Shown: positions 10,097 to 20,555 of the stretch, piece after piece | Layout of the letters: each line of letters begins with the position of its first letter | Position numbering within the stretch: position 1 is the stretch's first letter | Assembly: GCA_963921275.4 (NCBI GenBank) | Contig: OZ001293.3 | Span: 2,816,001-2,880,000, forward strand | Source of the DNA: an uncultured Hormoscilla sp. | GTDB taxonomy: Bacteria > Cyanobacteriota > Cyanobacteriia > Cyanobacteriales > Desertifilaceae | DNA length: 64,000 bases | Direction: 5' to 3' | Position numbers and translations under genes: made by a program | The notes under the pieces: model-generated | What the model saw: only the letters and a program-made list of their open reading frames with translations | Database searches by the model: none | What the model was told of the DNA's origin: nothing

Positions 10097-11596
10097 TCAT
10101 TTGGGCCTTTTAATTCCACCACTTCGCTTAACCTCAAATCCATAACGATAAATATCAGGCATATTAATCCGCCCATCAGAACGGCTTTCAATAATTCCCA
10201 GTTGCAGTAAATACTGCAACAATTCTGACGGGTTTAATGTGGGGGGCTGTTTCTCTGGTTTTTCACTCCATTCTGTGGATTTCAGTTTGTTCGTCAAATC
10301 AGTTTTTGCTATAGGTACTTTGATACCTTTTAAGCTGGACTTTATATCTTCTAGCCAAGGATATTCTTCATGTGCTAATTCTCTAATTCTATCTTTTGAC
10401 GTATCCATTAGTGCCCCTTGCAAATCCGAAGGCTCTAGTAATTTTTCAGTCATACTTTTTGATTCTATTTTTGATAAACTTCGCTCCCCAGCCAAAGAGA
10501 ATAGCTTTAAAAATGAGCGTGGTGCCATTCTACCTCCAGCATCTTTAAGGTGGTTAGGAATCCAACGATATGTATACCCCTTCCTGGGGTTGCTACCCAT
10601 GTATTTACCCACCATTTTTTCCATGAGTAATTCAAAATTTGATTCATCCAATTTTGGTAGTATACCCAGTGACGGATGACCTTCAGAGATTAGACCCGGA
10701 ACATCACTTAAATAATCGGTCATTTCCTGTCCAGAGTTGGCTAAGCGCTTCACAAGTAACTGATACAACCATGGCGCCTTCCACTCCAGACTAATCTGGT
10801 ATCCTTGTAGCTTAGAGGCATCAGGAAATCCTAAAAAATCCTCACGAAACAGGTCTGTACGTAAAAAAATCTTTGGTCGTATCCGTTCCCAACGACGCCA
10901 CCGATCCAGCCAAAATGCCAACAGTTCGCGAATAGGGGCAGCCAGTTCGAGATAAGATAGCACTAGCCTATCTAGTTCATCATATATGACAAATAGCCAC
11001 CGATCGGTTTCGATCAATTCGGAGTCTAACCGATCCAGAGCATAATTCAGCTTTTCCAGATTCTGGCGGGCAAGTGGCAACCAGTCTGATAGCAAAGGTA
11101 GCTGGTTAGCCAAAGCCGTGCGAATTGCCTCTGGTATCCCATCACATATACTATTTAGTGCTTCTTTTTTTTCTTGAAGCATTACCCCCAACATCAACCC
11201 AATCCAGAAAGTACGCCAATCGATTCGATCTGCATTTTTCATCCCTGCTTCTACAGTCTCTGGCGTGGGGAATATTTTGCCCTTTTGTTTTGTCCGGCCA
11301 TATCCCGCTATCCATATTGTACTATCCAAAGAGGGTAAAGCCCTAATTTGCATATTTTCTACCAGCGTTTTGCGTCCGTCTCTATTTCCTAGTAAACGGA
11401 ATAATTCTGTCTTGCCAACACCGCGTCCTCCTAATATCAGTAATGCGTCCAGTTCCAAAACTCTGCGGTAATCCGGTACGGGGAGAAAGTTTTTCAGGAA
11501 AACTGTCTCATTATCGCTCTCATGCTCTGCTATTCCCCGTCCTGGTGCAATAGCAACCATTAGTTCCAGCAGTTTCTTTTTATCATAGTCTCTCAT
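10097..11596 (-). CDS. STAND-like P-loop ATPase with predicted C-terminal helical/winged-helix region
   Basis: Walker A LILGGRGVGKT, Walker B LFVIYDELD, KIFLRTD, PRSFLKLF. Likely start MRDYD at 11596 overlaps the upstream stop (ATGA). Confidence 0.75.
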   Translation of the reverse strand: MRDYDKKKLLELMVAIAPGRGIAEHESDNETVFLKNFLPVPDYRRVLELDALLILGGRGVGKTELFRLLGNRDGRKTLVENMQIRALPSLDSTIWIAGYGRTKQKGKIFPTPETVEAGMKNADRIDWRTFWIGLMLGVMLQEKKEALNSICDGIPEAIRTALANQLPLLSDWLPLARQNLEKLNYALDRLDSELIETDRWLFVIYDELDRLVLSYLELAAPIRELLAFWLDRWRRWERIRPKIFLRTDLFREDFLGFPDASKLQGYQISLEWKAPWLYQLLVKRLANSGQEMTDYLSDVPGLISEGHPSLGILPKLDESNFELLMEKMVGKYMGSNPRKGYTYRWIPNHLKDAGGRMAPRSFLKLFSLAGERSLSKIESKSMTEKLLEPSDLQGALMDTSKDRIRELAHEEYPWLEDIKSSLKGIKVPIAKTDLTNKLKSTEWSEKPEKQPPTLNPSELLQYLLQLGIIESRSDGRINMPDIYRYGFEVKRSGGIKRPK

Positions 11597-12963
11597 GTTA
11601 CCACCTCCTTTTTCAATTTCCGCCCAAACATTTGGCAAAGTCGTTCTGCTATATTTTCATAGGGTTTGCCAGTCAACAGGCTCACAATCCCAGCCCTGGC
11701 TGACTCGGAACTTGAATTTTCCGAGAATAAAGCAATTTCTCTACGCAGTGTACTCTGCCAATCCAAGACAACTGGCCAAAAAGGAGCATCCGGATCGTTA
11801 GAGTTCGGAATATCATCACTTTCATAGTAGTAGTTTTCTTGAAAAACTGTATAGGCTCGATCGCGAAAATCTTGCAATTCCTGCTCTCTGGTAGGCATTT
11901 CTAACCCAGGAGCCATAGCATGGCACAGCAGCACGGGAAGCGGTTCTCGTGCCTGAGGTCTTGCTAGGGCTAGGCGACGAATAACGTGAGTTATTCCGGC
12001 CCAGCTTTGGCGAGATTGGGTGCCAAATATAACCGCCCCATGTGCCAAAGAAGCGATCGCCAATCCGCCAATATCGTGGAATCCTGCTCTAGCATCTAGC
12101 AGGATAAAATCTAAGGGCTTAGCTGCACCTTGCAGTTCCTTCAGCATTTCCCCCAGCGTTTCAGGTACTTGATTATTGACCAGGTTCTGGAAATCCAATC
12201 TCGCCAACTTTTCCAGATATTGCTCGTTTACAGTTCCGGCTGGCAGTAAACGCAGTGTTTCCCCCCGATCGCCCAGCAGTATTTCATCGTTGATCGATCG
12301 TAAATGGGTGCGTAACCGCCAATTACTCTTTTGAATTTGTTTCTCTAACAGGTAATCAATAACACCAAACATATCTGAAGTATCTGAAAAAAAGATTGTG
12401 GATAGACCAGGAGCCTCAAGATCCAAATCTATTATCGCCACCCGATGACCTTGACGAGCCAAGGTAAGGGCTGTCCCCACCAAGGCCGTTGTGCGACCAA
12501 CACCCCCCTTAAAGGAAAAGAATGCTACAATTGCAGGTTTATGTCCCCGATCGACTAAATCCTGTGCCCAAGGTGGATTACCTGCATCTTTATTAGTCCA
12601 TGCTTGTTTAGCAAGGTGGCGTTCTAGTATATACCAGTCAAGTTTATTACCATCATCCCAGTCTGCGCGAACCCTCTCGGAAGTAATGACCTCAATCAAG
12701 GCTTGATAACCATCCTGTTCGCCTTCTGGCAACCAGATATCTTCGCCATAGTAGGGACCGAGTTTTTGGGCAAGGCTGTCATGCAAATTAGCTATGGCTG
12801 TATCTTCCAGAGCCCCCACCGGTTCCAAGAAAACCCTAATCTTACCTAAAACATCACGGATTATGGTTATAGACTGAAGATGCTGTGTCAGTTGGCTCTC
12901 TATGGTAGGTTCCCGAAAGCATTCGATTACCTTATCAAAGGTTTCACTGAAGGTTATGTCCAT
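11593..12963 (-). CDS. ParA/MinD-superfamily ATPase, KGGVGR variant, with ~140-aa N-terminal extension
   Basis: Deviant Walker A FFSFKGGVGRTT, IIDLDLEAPGL, LLPAG, ILLDARAG. Confidence 0.85.
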   Translation of the reverse strand: MDITFSETFDKVIECFREPTIESQLTQHLQSITIIRDVLGKIRVFLEPVGALEDTAIANLHDSLAQKLGPYYGEDIWLPEGEQDGYQALIEVITSERVRADWDDGNKLDWYILERHLAKQAWTNKDAGNPPWAQDLVDRGHKPAIVAFFSFKGGVGRTTALVGTALTLARQGHRVAIIDLDLEAPGLSTIFFSDTSDMFGVIDYLLEKQIQKSNWRLRTHLRSINDEILLGDRGETLRLLPAGTVNEQYLEKLARLDFQNLVNNQVPETLGEMLKELQGAAKPLDFILLDARAGFHDIGGLAIASLAHGAVIFGTQSRQSWAGITHVIRRLALARPQAREPLPVLLCHAMAPGLEMPTREQELQDFRDRAYTVFQENYYYESDDIPNSNDPDAPFWPVVLDWQSTLRREIALFSENSSSESARAGIVSLLTGKPYENIAERLCQMFGRKLKKEVVT

Positions 12964-12966
12964 CCT

Positions 12967-13398
12967 CTAAAGTTCCCTACTTGAAATTCTCCCGTCCAGA
13001 ACCAGTCTGGTAACAATCTCCCTATAGATCTCATTTGCTCGCGATACCGCTGCGATTGCTTGATTCTCTGTCCAAAGGCCAGACTGGGCATAGCGTCGTT
13101 CTGGATGATTTTGAGCCAGAACTGTTTCAGTTGTCCGTGCAGTTGCTGGTTGCATGTCCAGCACCGGATACATAACTTTTAGCCGCGACATAGCCTTGCC
13201 TTCAAGTTCTTCTAGATCGTGGCCGTATTTTTTAACTGCTGCCGGGTCTCGATCTAAGTATATCTCAACTAAGACCTTAAAGGCACATTCTACCACATAA
13301 CCCGCTAAGTAAACCGCGTTGTCCCACCGCTCAGCATTTCGTAAATTAAATGCATCATTTAAATGTCTTCCTGCTGCCTGCGAAAAAGACTCTTGCAT
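12967..13398 (-). CDS. HEPN-domain-like protein
   Basis: 143 aa, helical, with HLNDA..L...RWDNAVYLAGYVVECAFK, GHDL..L and ERRY pattern typical of HEPN; 3 nt from the next start. Confidence 0.7.
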   Translation of the reverse strand: MQESFSQAAGRHLNDAFNLRNAERWDNAVYLAGYVVECAFKVLVEIYLDRDPAAVKKYGHDLEELEGKAMSRLKVMYPVLDMQPATARTTETVLAQNHPERRYAQSGLWTENQAIAAVSRANEIYREIVTRLVLDGRISSREL

Positions 13399-13445
13399 AA
13401 TTACTCTTTATCTTGACTTTATTCTCTCCCTTCTCCCTTCTCCAT

Positions 13446-14285
13446 TTACTTTTTATCGCTTTTATACCTTAGGTATTCACTCGCAAATGCGATCGCCCCC
13501 GATACTATAATCAGGAGCACACTCAGGGCATTAATATCCGGTTTCACCCCAGTTCTAATCCGGCTAAATATTTCCATTGGCAAGGTATTGTAACCGCTAC
13601 CTGCCGTAAAGCTAGAAATCAGAAAATCGTCCATGCTGAGGACGAAGGCTAACAGACCACCAGAAACAATCCCTGGCACCAACTGGGGCAATAGGACTTG
13701 CAGAAATGCTTGTGTTGGTGTCGCGCCCAAGTCTAAAGCTGCTTCTTCTAAATGTGGGTCTAAATCTGCTAACCTCGTCGAAACCACCAGGGTAATGTAA
13801 GCTAGGCAAAAGACAATATGAGCAGCTACTATAGTCCAGATGTTTAAGGGAATGGCAAACACTGCTAAAAATACTATGGTCGCCACCGCGATCGCAATAT
13901 CGGGAACAATCAGGGGTAGGTAGGATATGCCCCGGTACAAGGACTTTCCGGGAAATTGATATTTCGATAACCCCATCGCCATCAGGGTACCCAAAACTGC
14001 GGAAATTCCTACTGCCGAAAAGGCAACAATTAAGCTATTTTGCAGGGATGTGAATATCCGGCCATCATTAAATAGTTTCAGATACCACTCTAGGGTGAAT
14101 CCTGACCAACTCGCGCTATAGGCAGACTTGTTAAAACTATAAACCACAAGTACCAGGATGGGCAGGTACATGAAAACAAACATCAGCAGCGTCAAGCTTA
14201 GCTGCCATGATACTTTAATTTTACCCTTCTTTTTTAACATCTCTACAGGTATTTCTTCCTGGATTCGCGTCAAAGTATCTGTCAT
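13446..14285 (-). CDS. potC: Spermidine/putrescine ABC permease PotC
   Basis: YLPILVLVVYSFN, EEAALDLGA (EAA loop), LSMDDF, TLPMEIFS. Confidence 0.85.
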   Translation of the reverse strand: MTDTLTRIQEEIPVEMLKKKGKIKVSWQLSLTLLMFVFMYLPILVLVVYSFNKSAYSASWSGFTLEWYLKLFNDGRIFTSLQNSLIVAFSAVGISAVLGTLMAMGLSKYQFPGKSLYRGISYLPLIVPDIAIAVATIVFLAVFAIPLNIWTIVAAHIVFCLAYITLVVSTRLADLDPHLEEAALDLGATPTQAFLQVLLPQLVPGIVSGGLLAFVLSMDDFLISSFTAGSGYNTLPMEIFSRIRTGVKPDINALSVLLIIVSGAIAFASEYLRYKSDKK

Positions 14286-14291
14286 GGCTTG

Positions 14292-14444
14292 TTAATTCTT
14301 ATTCTTCGTGCTTTTCATGCTTGTGGGGTCGCCATATTTAATTAACAGCCCGATCGCCAGACTGACGGCCAAAATTACCACCATACTCAGGGCCGAGCCA
14401 AATCCCCAATTCTGGGTAGCCCCCAAAAACTGATTATAGATCAG
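14292..14444 (-). pseudogene. potB: C-terminal remnant of the PotB permease
   Basis: LIYNQFLGATQNWGFGSALSMVVILAV...; the rest of the gene is deleted. Confidence 0.8.
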
Positions 14445-15555
14445 TTACTTCTTGTGGTAATGGTACTATGCTTTCGCATTTTGCTAGCACCTGCTGGGGC
14501 GGGAACAAGGTGAGATTTTTCCGGAGTTTCTCCGGCAGCTTCTCGTAGGCTATCTGATTGGCCGTGGCAAAGTTTAACCGCTTAGTAATCTCTACTCCGA
14601 CTGCTGGTTGCAGCATAAAGTTAATCCAGGCATAGGCACCATCAGGATTAGGTGCCGCTTTGGGAATTACCACGGTATCTGTCCACAGAGAAGACCCACT
14701 GCTGGGGATCGCATAACTCAGGTTTGGATCGGAATCTATCATTTCACTAGCGTCTACAGAGTAACCCATGGCAATTAACAGATCCCCTGTCAATATTTGC
14801 GGTCGCCATGCGTCTGAGGTAAAGGAGGCTATGCTCGGTTTTAGTTCCACTAACCTGTCATAGGCTGCTTTAATTTCCTGTGGAGAAGTTGAGTTATAAG
14901 AATACCCCAGCATTTTCAACGTCGCACCCATTACTTCCCGCACGTCATTGAGTAAGGTTATCTGGCCCTTTAGTTCCTGCTTGTTTTCCCAAAGGTAACT
15001 CCAATCATTCGGCTGTGATTGCGCTGCGCGCACGCTACGCGAACGCAGCTTCTGGCTGTTGTAAATCAGACCTGTCGTTCCCCAGCTTACAGGTATACTG
15101 TGGCGGTTTTGAGGGTCATAAACAGGATTTTTATAATTCTCGAACAACTGGTTTAGACCTTCTATCCGTGACAGGTCTAGTTCTATCAACAGATTCTCTT
15201 CTACCATCTTCTCAACCATGTAGTCCGAAGGGTAGATAATGCTATAAGCCCCACCTCCACCTGCTAGCACCTTTGCCAGCATCTCCTCACTGGAAGACAT
15301 TACATCCGCGATCGCCTTGATGCCTGTTTGCTGGGCAAAGCTATCAAACAGGTCATCATCTGTGTAGCCTGCCCAAGTGTATATATACAGCTTGTTAGCA
15401 TCTCCTGGGCTAGTGCTCGCTGTTGGTCTGACATTGGCTAGAGTCCAGCCACAGCCTGACAGGGTCGTGGTTGCCAATGCTGCTGCTGACAATCCCAAGA
15501 ACCTACGCCTTGTCAAGGTACTTCTGCTTTTCTGTAATCTCTCTGTCTGAGACAA
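14434..15555 (-). CDS. potD: Spermidine/putrescine-binding protein PotD (Tat/lipoprotein signal), C-terminus clipped by deletion
   Basis: TRRRFL...LSGC, LYIYTWAGY, IIYPSDYMV, WGTTGLIYN, AYAWINFML; ends abruptly in the potB remnant. Confidence 0.8.
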   Translation of the reverse strand: MSQTERLQKSRSTLTRRRFLGLSAAALATTTLSGCGWTLANVRPTASTSPGDANKLYIYTWAGYTDDDLFDSFAQQTGIKAIADVMSSSEEMLAKVLAGGGGAYSIIYPSDYMVEKMVEENLLIELDLSRIEGLNQLFENYKNPVYDPQNRHSIPVSWGTTGLIYNSQKLRSRSVRAAQSQPNDWSYLWENKQELKGQITLLNDVREVMGATLKMLGYSYNSTSPQEIKAAYDRLVELKPSIASFTSDAWRPQILTGDLLIAMGYSVDASEMIDSDPNLSYAIPSSGSSLWTDTVVIPKAAPNPDGAYAWINFMLQPAVGVEITKRLNFATANQIAYEKLPEKLRKNLTLFPPQQVLAKCESIVPLPQEVTDL

Positions 15556-15629
15556 TATTTTTTCATCATTGCTATTTTAACACATTCTATCTCGTTTATC
15601 TGCTGATTTTAACGAGCCTTGACAATTAT

Positions 15630-16748
15630 TCAAGCAGACAAAGCCAGGCAGTCCGTCGCGTCCCAGTAGACGTATATAGGGGTATTAGGTCTTGGCAGAG
15701 AAGCACGGTTGGGCAGTAAGACTAGCAGGCGATCGCCCGAGAGCAATTCCACAATATAATGCACGTGAGTGCCCAGGAACATACTGGTTTTCAGGCGTCC
15801 CTCAAAGCAGTTGGCGCGTCGGTCGGGTTTCTGCAGACTCAGATGAATCTTCTCTGGGCGGACACTCACCACCACTTGCTGGGACTTGTCAGTCAGAGCT
15901 GAGTGCTGTACGATAATTTTTAGCTTCTTATCTGTCTGCACCTCCATGCCCGACTGGTCTAGGTTAACAATCCTACCGCGAAACAGATTCGTATCTCCGA
16001 TAAAATCCACGACAAAGGGCGTCTGGGGATACTCGTAAATTTCGCTGGGCTCGCCCACTTGTTCGATTTTACCCTCCCGCATCACGGCTATGCGGTCTGA
16101 CAGGGAGAGGGCTTCTTCCTGGTCGTGAGTCACCATAATGAAGGTCAGCCCCAATTCTTGATGCAGATTAGAAAGTTCTACCTGCATTTCCTTGCGCAGC
16201 TTCAGATCCAGGGACCCTAAGGGTTCATCTAGCAGCAGCACAGCCGGTCTATTTACCAGGGCCCGGGCTAAGGCTACCCGTTGCTGCTGTCCGCCGGATA
16301 GCTGGGCGGGAAACCGATGGGCAAAAGCTTCCATCTGCACGAGGGTGAGGGCTTCTCCAACCCGATCGGCTATTTGGGCATTGGTCAGCTTTTTAATCCG
16401 CAGTCCAAAGGCAATATTCTCCCGGACATTCATGTGGTTAAAGAGAGCATAGCTCTGAAACACGGTGTTCACAGGACGGCGGTAAGCGGGAATCTGGTTA
16501 CTGAGCTGGCCCAGAATCAAGACTTCCCCAGCCGAGGGCGTCTCAAATCCAGCGATCAGGCGCAGGGTTGTGGTTTTGCCACAGCCTGAGGGCCCGAGAA
16601 TCGAGAAAAATTCCCCTTGACGGATCTTCAGATCGACTCCCCATACAGCTGTTTCGCCATTGAACACCTTAAATACCTTGCGCAGTTCAACATCGAACTC
16701 CACATCTGTTTTCGTTCTGGCGAGCGGGCGTGTAACGGTTTGAGACAT
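15630..16748 (-). CDS. potA: Spermidine/putrescine ABC ATPase PotA
   Basis: GPSGCGKTT, LSGGQQQRVALARAL, LLLDEP, C-terminal TOBE-like region; start MSQTV. Confidence 0.88.
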   Translation of the reverse strand: MSQTVTRPLARTKTDVEFDVELRKVFKVFNGETAVWGVDLKIRQGEFFSILGPSGCGKTTTLRLIAGFETPSAGEVLILGQLSNQIPAYRRPVNTVFQSYALFNHMNVRENIAFGLRIKKLTNAQIADRVGEALTLVQMEAFAHRFPAQLSGGQQQRVALARALVNRPAVLLLDEPLGSLDLKLRKEMQVELSNLHQELGLTFIMVTHDQEEALSLSDRIAVMREGKIEQVGEPSEIYEYPQTPFVVDFIGDTNLFRGRIVNLDQSGMEVQTDKKLKIIVQHSALTDKSQQVVVSVRPEKIHLSLQKPDRRANCFEGRLKTSMFLGTHVHYIVELLSGDRLLVLLPNRASLPRPNTPIYVYWDATDCLALSA

Positions 16749-16901
16749 GTGGCAACCTCCTGAGCAGCGATGCCCCCCGCTGGGTATATTTAAAATTATA
16801 TCATATTTATACATCTTTGTCAACAGACCCAGTTCGAGAGTATATGCGGACGGGTTCTGTGATTTTTGTGAGATTGAAATCCCAGACCTGGGTTTATTTT
16901 A

Positions 16902-17913
16902 ACCTAAGTTGCGACCTATTAAAAAAAATATGAATTACCCACTTAGACTTTACAGATATTTGGGATATTTCGTAGCTTTTGATACAAAATTATATTTTTT
17001 TTGTGCTAGACGGCGGGTTGGCTGTTTATAGGTTATAATGTACTAAAATAATAGTTAATTGCTGGGGGATGTAGATGATGGAAGATATGATTACAACAAT
17101 TTTTGTTCTTTGTGACGAGCTACTAAAAGCGTTAAATATAAAAGAAGATCCACAAGTAAAAATGAACAATGCCGAAGTGATGACAGTCGGATTAGTTGCT
17201 GCATATTTTTTCGGAGGACACCACGATCGCTCTTGTCAATTTATGGTCCAACACAAGTATATAAAAAATCTGTTAAGTAAAAGTAGGTTCAATCGTCGAT
17301 TACACAATATTGAGGAACCAATTTGGATGTTTTTCTTCCAAGTTATAGCTCAAACATTTAAAGAGCTCAATCCGGGTCAAGAATATATTCTTGATAGTTT
17401 CCCGGTGCCAGTATGTGATAATATTAGGATTGATAGATGCCAAATTTATAACAAGGAAGAATATCGAGGGTATATTGCCAGTAAAAAACGTTATTTTTAT
17501 GGATTAAGAGTTCATATGTTGGTAAACAAAAATGGAAAGCCAATAGAATTTTATCTAGATCCTGGTAGTTATAATGATGTTAAAGTTTTGCAATCTTTTG
17601 GCTTTGACTTACCATCAAATTCAATAGTTTATGGAGATAAAGCTTATAATGATTATCAATTAGAGGATTTACTAAAAGAGTCGTCAAGTATAATGTTAAA
17701 ACCTTTGCGAAAAAAGAACTCAAAAAGAAAAGAATCTTCTTGTTTTGAATATATACAAAAAGTAACAAGAAAACAAGTTGAAACCTGTTTTAGTCGAATC
17801 ACCAATTTGTTTCCCAAGTCAATTCATGCTGTTACATCTAAGGGATTAGAGTTGAAAATAATTCTCTTTATCATAGCTTTTTGTATCCAATTTTTATAGG
17901 TCGCAACTTGAGT
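16902..17913 (+). mobile_element. Complete IS982-family insertion sequence
   Basis: IR ACCTAAGTTGCGACCTAT / ATAGGTCGCAACTTGAGT; 7-bp TSD TATTTTA; about 1 kb and AT-rich. Confidence 0.9.
17075..17899 (+). CDS. IS982-family DDE transposase
   Basis: SRFNRR, ILDSFPVPVC, YFYGLRVH, GDKAY, RKQVETCFS. Confidence 0.9.
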   Translation: MMEDMITTIFVLCDELLKALNIKEDPQVKMNNAEVMTVGLVAAYFFGGHHDRSCQFMVQHKYIKNLLSKSRFNRRLHNIEEPIWMFFFQVIAQTFKELNPGQEYILDSFPVPVCDNIRIDRCQIYNKEEYRGYIASKKRYFYGLRVHMLVNKNGKPIEFYLDPGSYNDVKVLQSFGFDLPSNSIVYGDKAYNDYQLEDLLKESSSIMLKPLRKKNSKRKESSCFEYIQKVTRKQVETCFSRITNLFPKSIHAVTSKGLELKIILFIIAFCIQFL

Positions 17914-18066
17914 TATTTTATCTATCTGACCTCTGTACGGGAGTAATTTAGGATTTTTTTATTGGTAATTTGGCCCGGGGTCGTTAAGATGCATACTTGA
18001 AATCTCACTCTCATAGCCTACGGACACAGGAAGCCCTGAGGACGAGGCCGTGAGAACAATCAAGCC

Positions 18067-19875
18067 ATGACCTTAGTAAAATATAACTCGCGCAGCTTTC
18101 TGAGATCGACGCGCCGCACTGTTGGAAGTTATTACCAGTCCCTGGTGCTGATGTTGCTGATCGCGACCGCGATGATCGGGGGGATTGGCACCCGCTTGGT
18201 GCAGCTACAACTGATTGCAGGGCACAGCAACCTGGAAAAAGCAGAGCGAAACCGGATTCGCCTGATTCCTAAACAACCGGAACGGGGCAAGATTCTCGAT
18301 CGCCAGGGCAGAATCTTGGCCTCGTCTCGTCTGTCTTACTCTCTCTATCTGTGGCCGCCAGCGACGCGGAATCGCCAATGGCTTGAGATAAAAGCACGCC
18401 TGTCTAAAATTCTGTCAATCCCGTCAGCAGAAATTCAACAGCGGGTTGATTGTGCCTTGGGAAAGTGCGAAAGGGGCGATCGCTCGGTTTATACTTCTCG
18501 GTATCTGTTGCGGATTGCCCGAAATCTGACCCCTGCACAACTGACAGCTTTTATGGAATACAAAGACTCTCTCAAGGGCATCCTGGTAGATCCGGAAGTC
18601 ATCCGGGAATATCCCCACAAGCAATTGGCAGCCCACGTGCTGGGTTATACGGGCCAGATGAATGATGAAGACCTGAATAGGCTTCGAGACCGGGGGTATC
18701 GCATGGGAGACGAGATCGGTCAGATGGGAGTAGAGGCGGCCTTTGAGTCCCAGCTGCGGGGAAAATGGGGCGGTCGCCAGGTGTTGGTGGATAATAAGGG
18801 TGAGGTAGTAGATATTCTGAATTACAAACAGCCAACGCGGGGGCAGGATCTCTATTTAACCCTGGATCTGGATTTGCAAAAGGCTGCGGAGGCGGCTTTG
18901 GGGAATAAAAAGGGGGCAATAGTGGCCCTGGACCCGGAGGATGGTGCGATTTTGGCGATGGTCTCTCGTCCGACTTTTGACCCGAATATCTTCTTGAGTC
19001 GGATTAGTGAAAAAACTTGGCAGCAGTTGCAAAGCCAGGATGACCCTTTTGTTAACCGGGCTCTCCAGGGGTTTCCACCGGCTTCTACTTTCAAGATTGT
19101 CACCACCACTGCGGCCCTGGAGTCGGGCAAGTTTTCGCCTTATGCGGTTTTGCCTACTTATCCCTATATTCGGGTGGGGCCAATTCTGTTCTGGGATTGG
19201 AACCGGGAAGGGTTTGGCTGGCTGGGATTTCCCGGTGCGATGGCTTGGAGTAGCGACACGTTTTTTTATCAAGTAGGGCTGAATGTGGGTGGACCTCCTC
19301 TGATCGAGTGGGCCCGCAAGTTTGGCTTTGGGGAAAAAACGGGAATTGAGTTGGCTACGGAAGAGGCTTCTGGACTGGTAGCAAATCGGCGCTGGAAGGA
19401 GTTGGAACTGGCAGAAGACTGGTATCACGGGGATACTGTGAATATGTCGATCGGTCAGGGGTATCTGCAAGCTTCGCCTTTGCAGGTGGCGGTGATGTTT
19501 GCGGCGGTGGCTAATGGCGGCTATCGGGTTAAGCCTCATTTGCGGCAGAATTCCGAGGCGCAGAATTCCCGAGTGTCTTTGGATCTGAGTCCCTCTACTT
19601 TGGAAACTCTACAAATAGGTTTGCGCTGGGTGGTGACTTGGGGCACTGGGACGGTGATGAATGTGCCAACTCTGCCGCCGACTGCGGGTAAGAGTGGCAC
19701 GGCAGAAGACCCTCCCCGTAAGGTTCATACTTGGTTTGGTGCCTATGGGCCTCTGGATAAACCGGAAATTGTGGTGGTGGCTTTTGGTGAAAATTCTGGT
19801 GGCGGTGGCGGTAGCTTTGCTGGCCTGATCGTGCGTCTGGTGTTGGAGGCTTATTTTAAGCTAAAGGATAATTAG
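18067..19875 (+). CDS. mrdA: Penicillin-binding protein 2
   Basis: N-terminal TM, RGKILDR, PASTFK (SxxK), SSD (SxN-like), KSGT. Confidence 0.9.
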   Translation: MTLVKYNSRSFLRSTRRTVGSYYQSLVLMLLIATAMIGGIGTRLVQLQLIAGHSNLEKAERNRIRLIPKQPERGKILDRQGRILASSRLSYSLYLWPPATRNRQWLEIKARLSKILSIPSAEIQQRVDCALGKCERGDRSVYTSRYLLRIARNLTPAQLTAFMEYKDSLKGILVDPEVIREYPHKQLAAHVLGYTGQMNDEDLNRLRDRGYRMGDEIGQMGVEAAFESQLRGKWGGRQVLVDNKGEVVDILNYKQPTRGQDLYLTLDLDLQKAAEAALGNKKGAIVALDPEDGAILAMVSRPTFDPNIFLSRISEKTWQQLQSQDDPFVNRALQGFPPASTFKIVTTTAALESGKFSPYAVLPTYPYIRVGPILFWDWNREGFGWLGFPGAMAWSSDTFFYQVGLNVGGPPLIEWARKFGFGEKTGIELATEEASGLVANRRWKELELAEDWYHGDTVNMSIGQGYLQASPLQVAVMFAAVANGGYRVKPHLRQNSEAQNSRVSLDLSPSTLETLQIGLRWVVTWGTGTVMNVPTLPPTAGKSGTAEDPPRKVHTWFGAYGPLDKPEIVVVAFGENSGGGGGSFAGLIVRLVLEAYFKLKDN

Positions 19876-20555
19876 ATATGAAGCTACCACGCCCGAACCC
19901 GTTCCCAGGCAGAGCCGTGGAAACGAGGGGTCCGGCTACATGAACTAAGCCCGCCTGCGCGGGCTTAATTACTTGCATCACCAGATGCACTCGGCTATCA
20001 ACTACAAGTGAGCGCACCCGTTGCCAACTCCCTGAATTTTCTTAATTGGGATAATTTCTTTTTGGCAATTCTTTTAACTCAATTGAGCATCTGTTAATCG
20101 CGTTTTTTACCCTGGCAATGGCTTCTAAAATTACCAATAAAGAAGTATTGAATTGTATGGATTATAAGAGGTTTTTAATTCTGACTTGTCCGATGGTAGC
20201 AGGAGATATAATTCCTTGGTATCCCGCTATGAATTTGTTCCGGAGCGCCCCAACTATATGATTGGTATTCTATTTTTCAGCAAGTACGGTATGCTTTGTG
20301 GGAATTAATATTATAATTGAAGTCTGAGAGCCCTTTTTTGCGGGCGATCGCTTTCTGTTCGGGGTATGGGGTGCCGGTTGTCGCCTATGGGGCTGGGGGC
20401 GAGGTTATATAGTAGGGGGGGTCTGGGGAAGAGCGGGCTTCAGTGCGCTGAAAATGGGCTTCCACTGGGCTCCGGGTTGGAGCGCCATTGGGAAGGGTTT
20501 GGCTCGAATATGGCTCGAATAGGGCCCGCTAATGGCTCGACTCAGACGAGGGTAT

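Noticed and set aside
11593..12963. Plasmid/chromosome partition ParA or cell-division MinD
   Set aside because: KGGVGR variant with a long N-terminal extension, no ParB or MinC/E nearby, and coupling to HEPN and a second ATPase.
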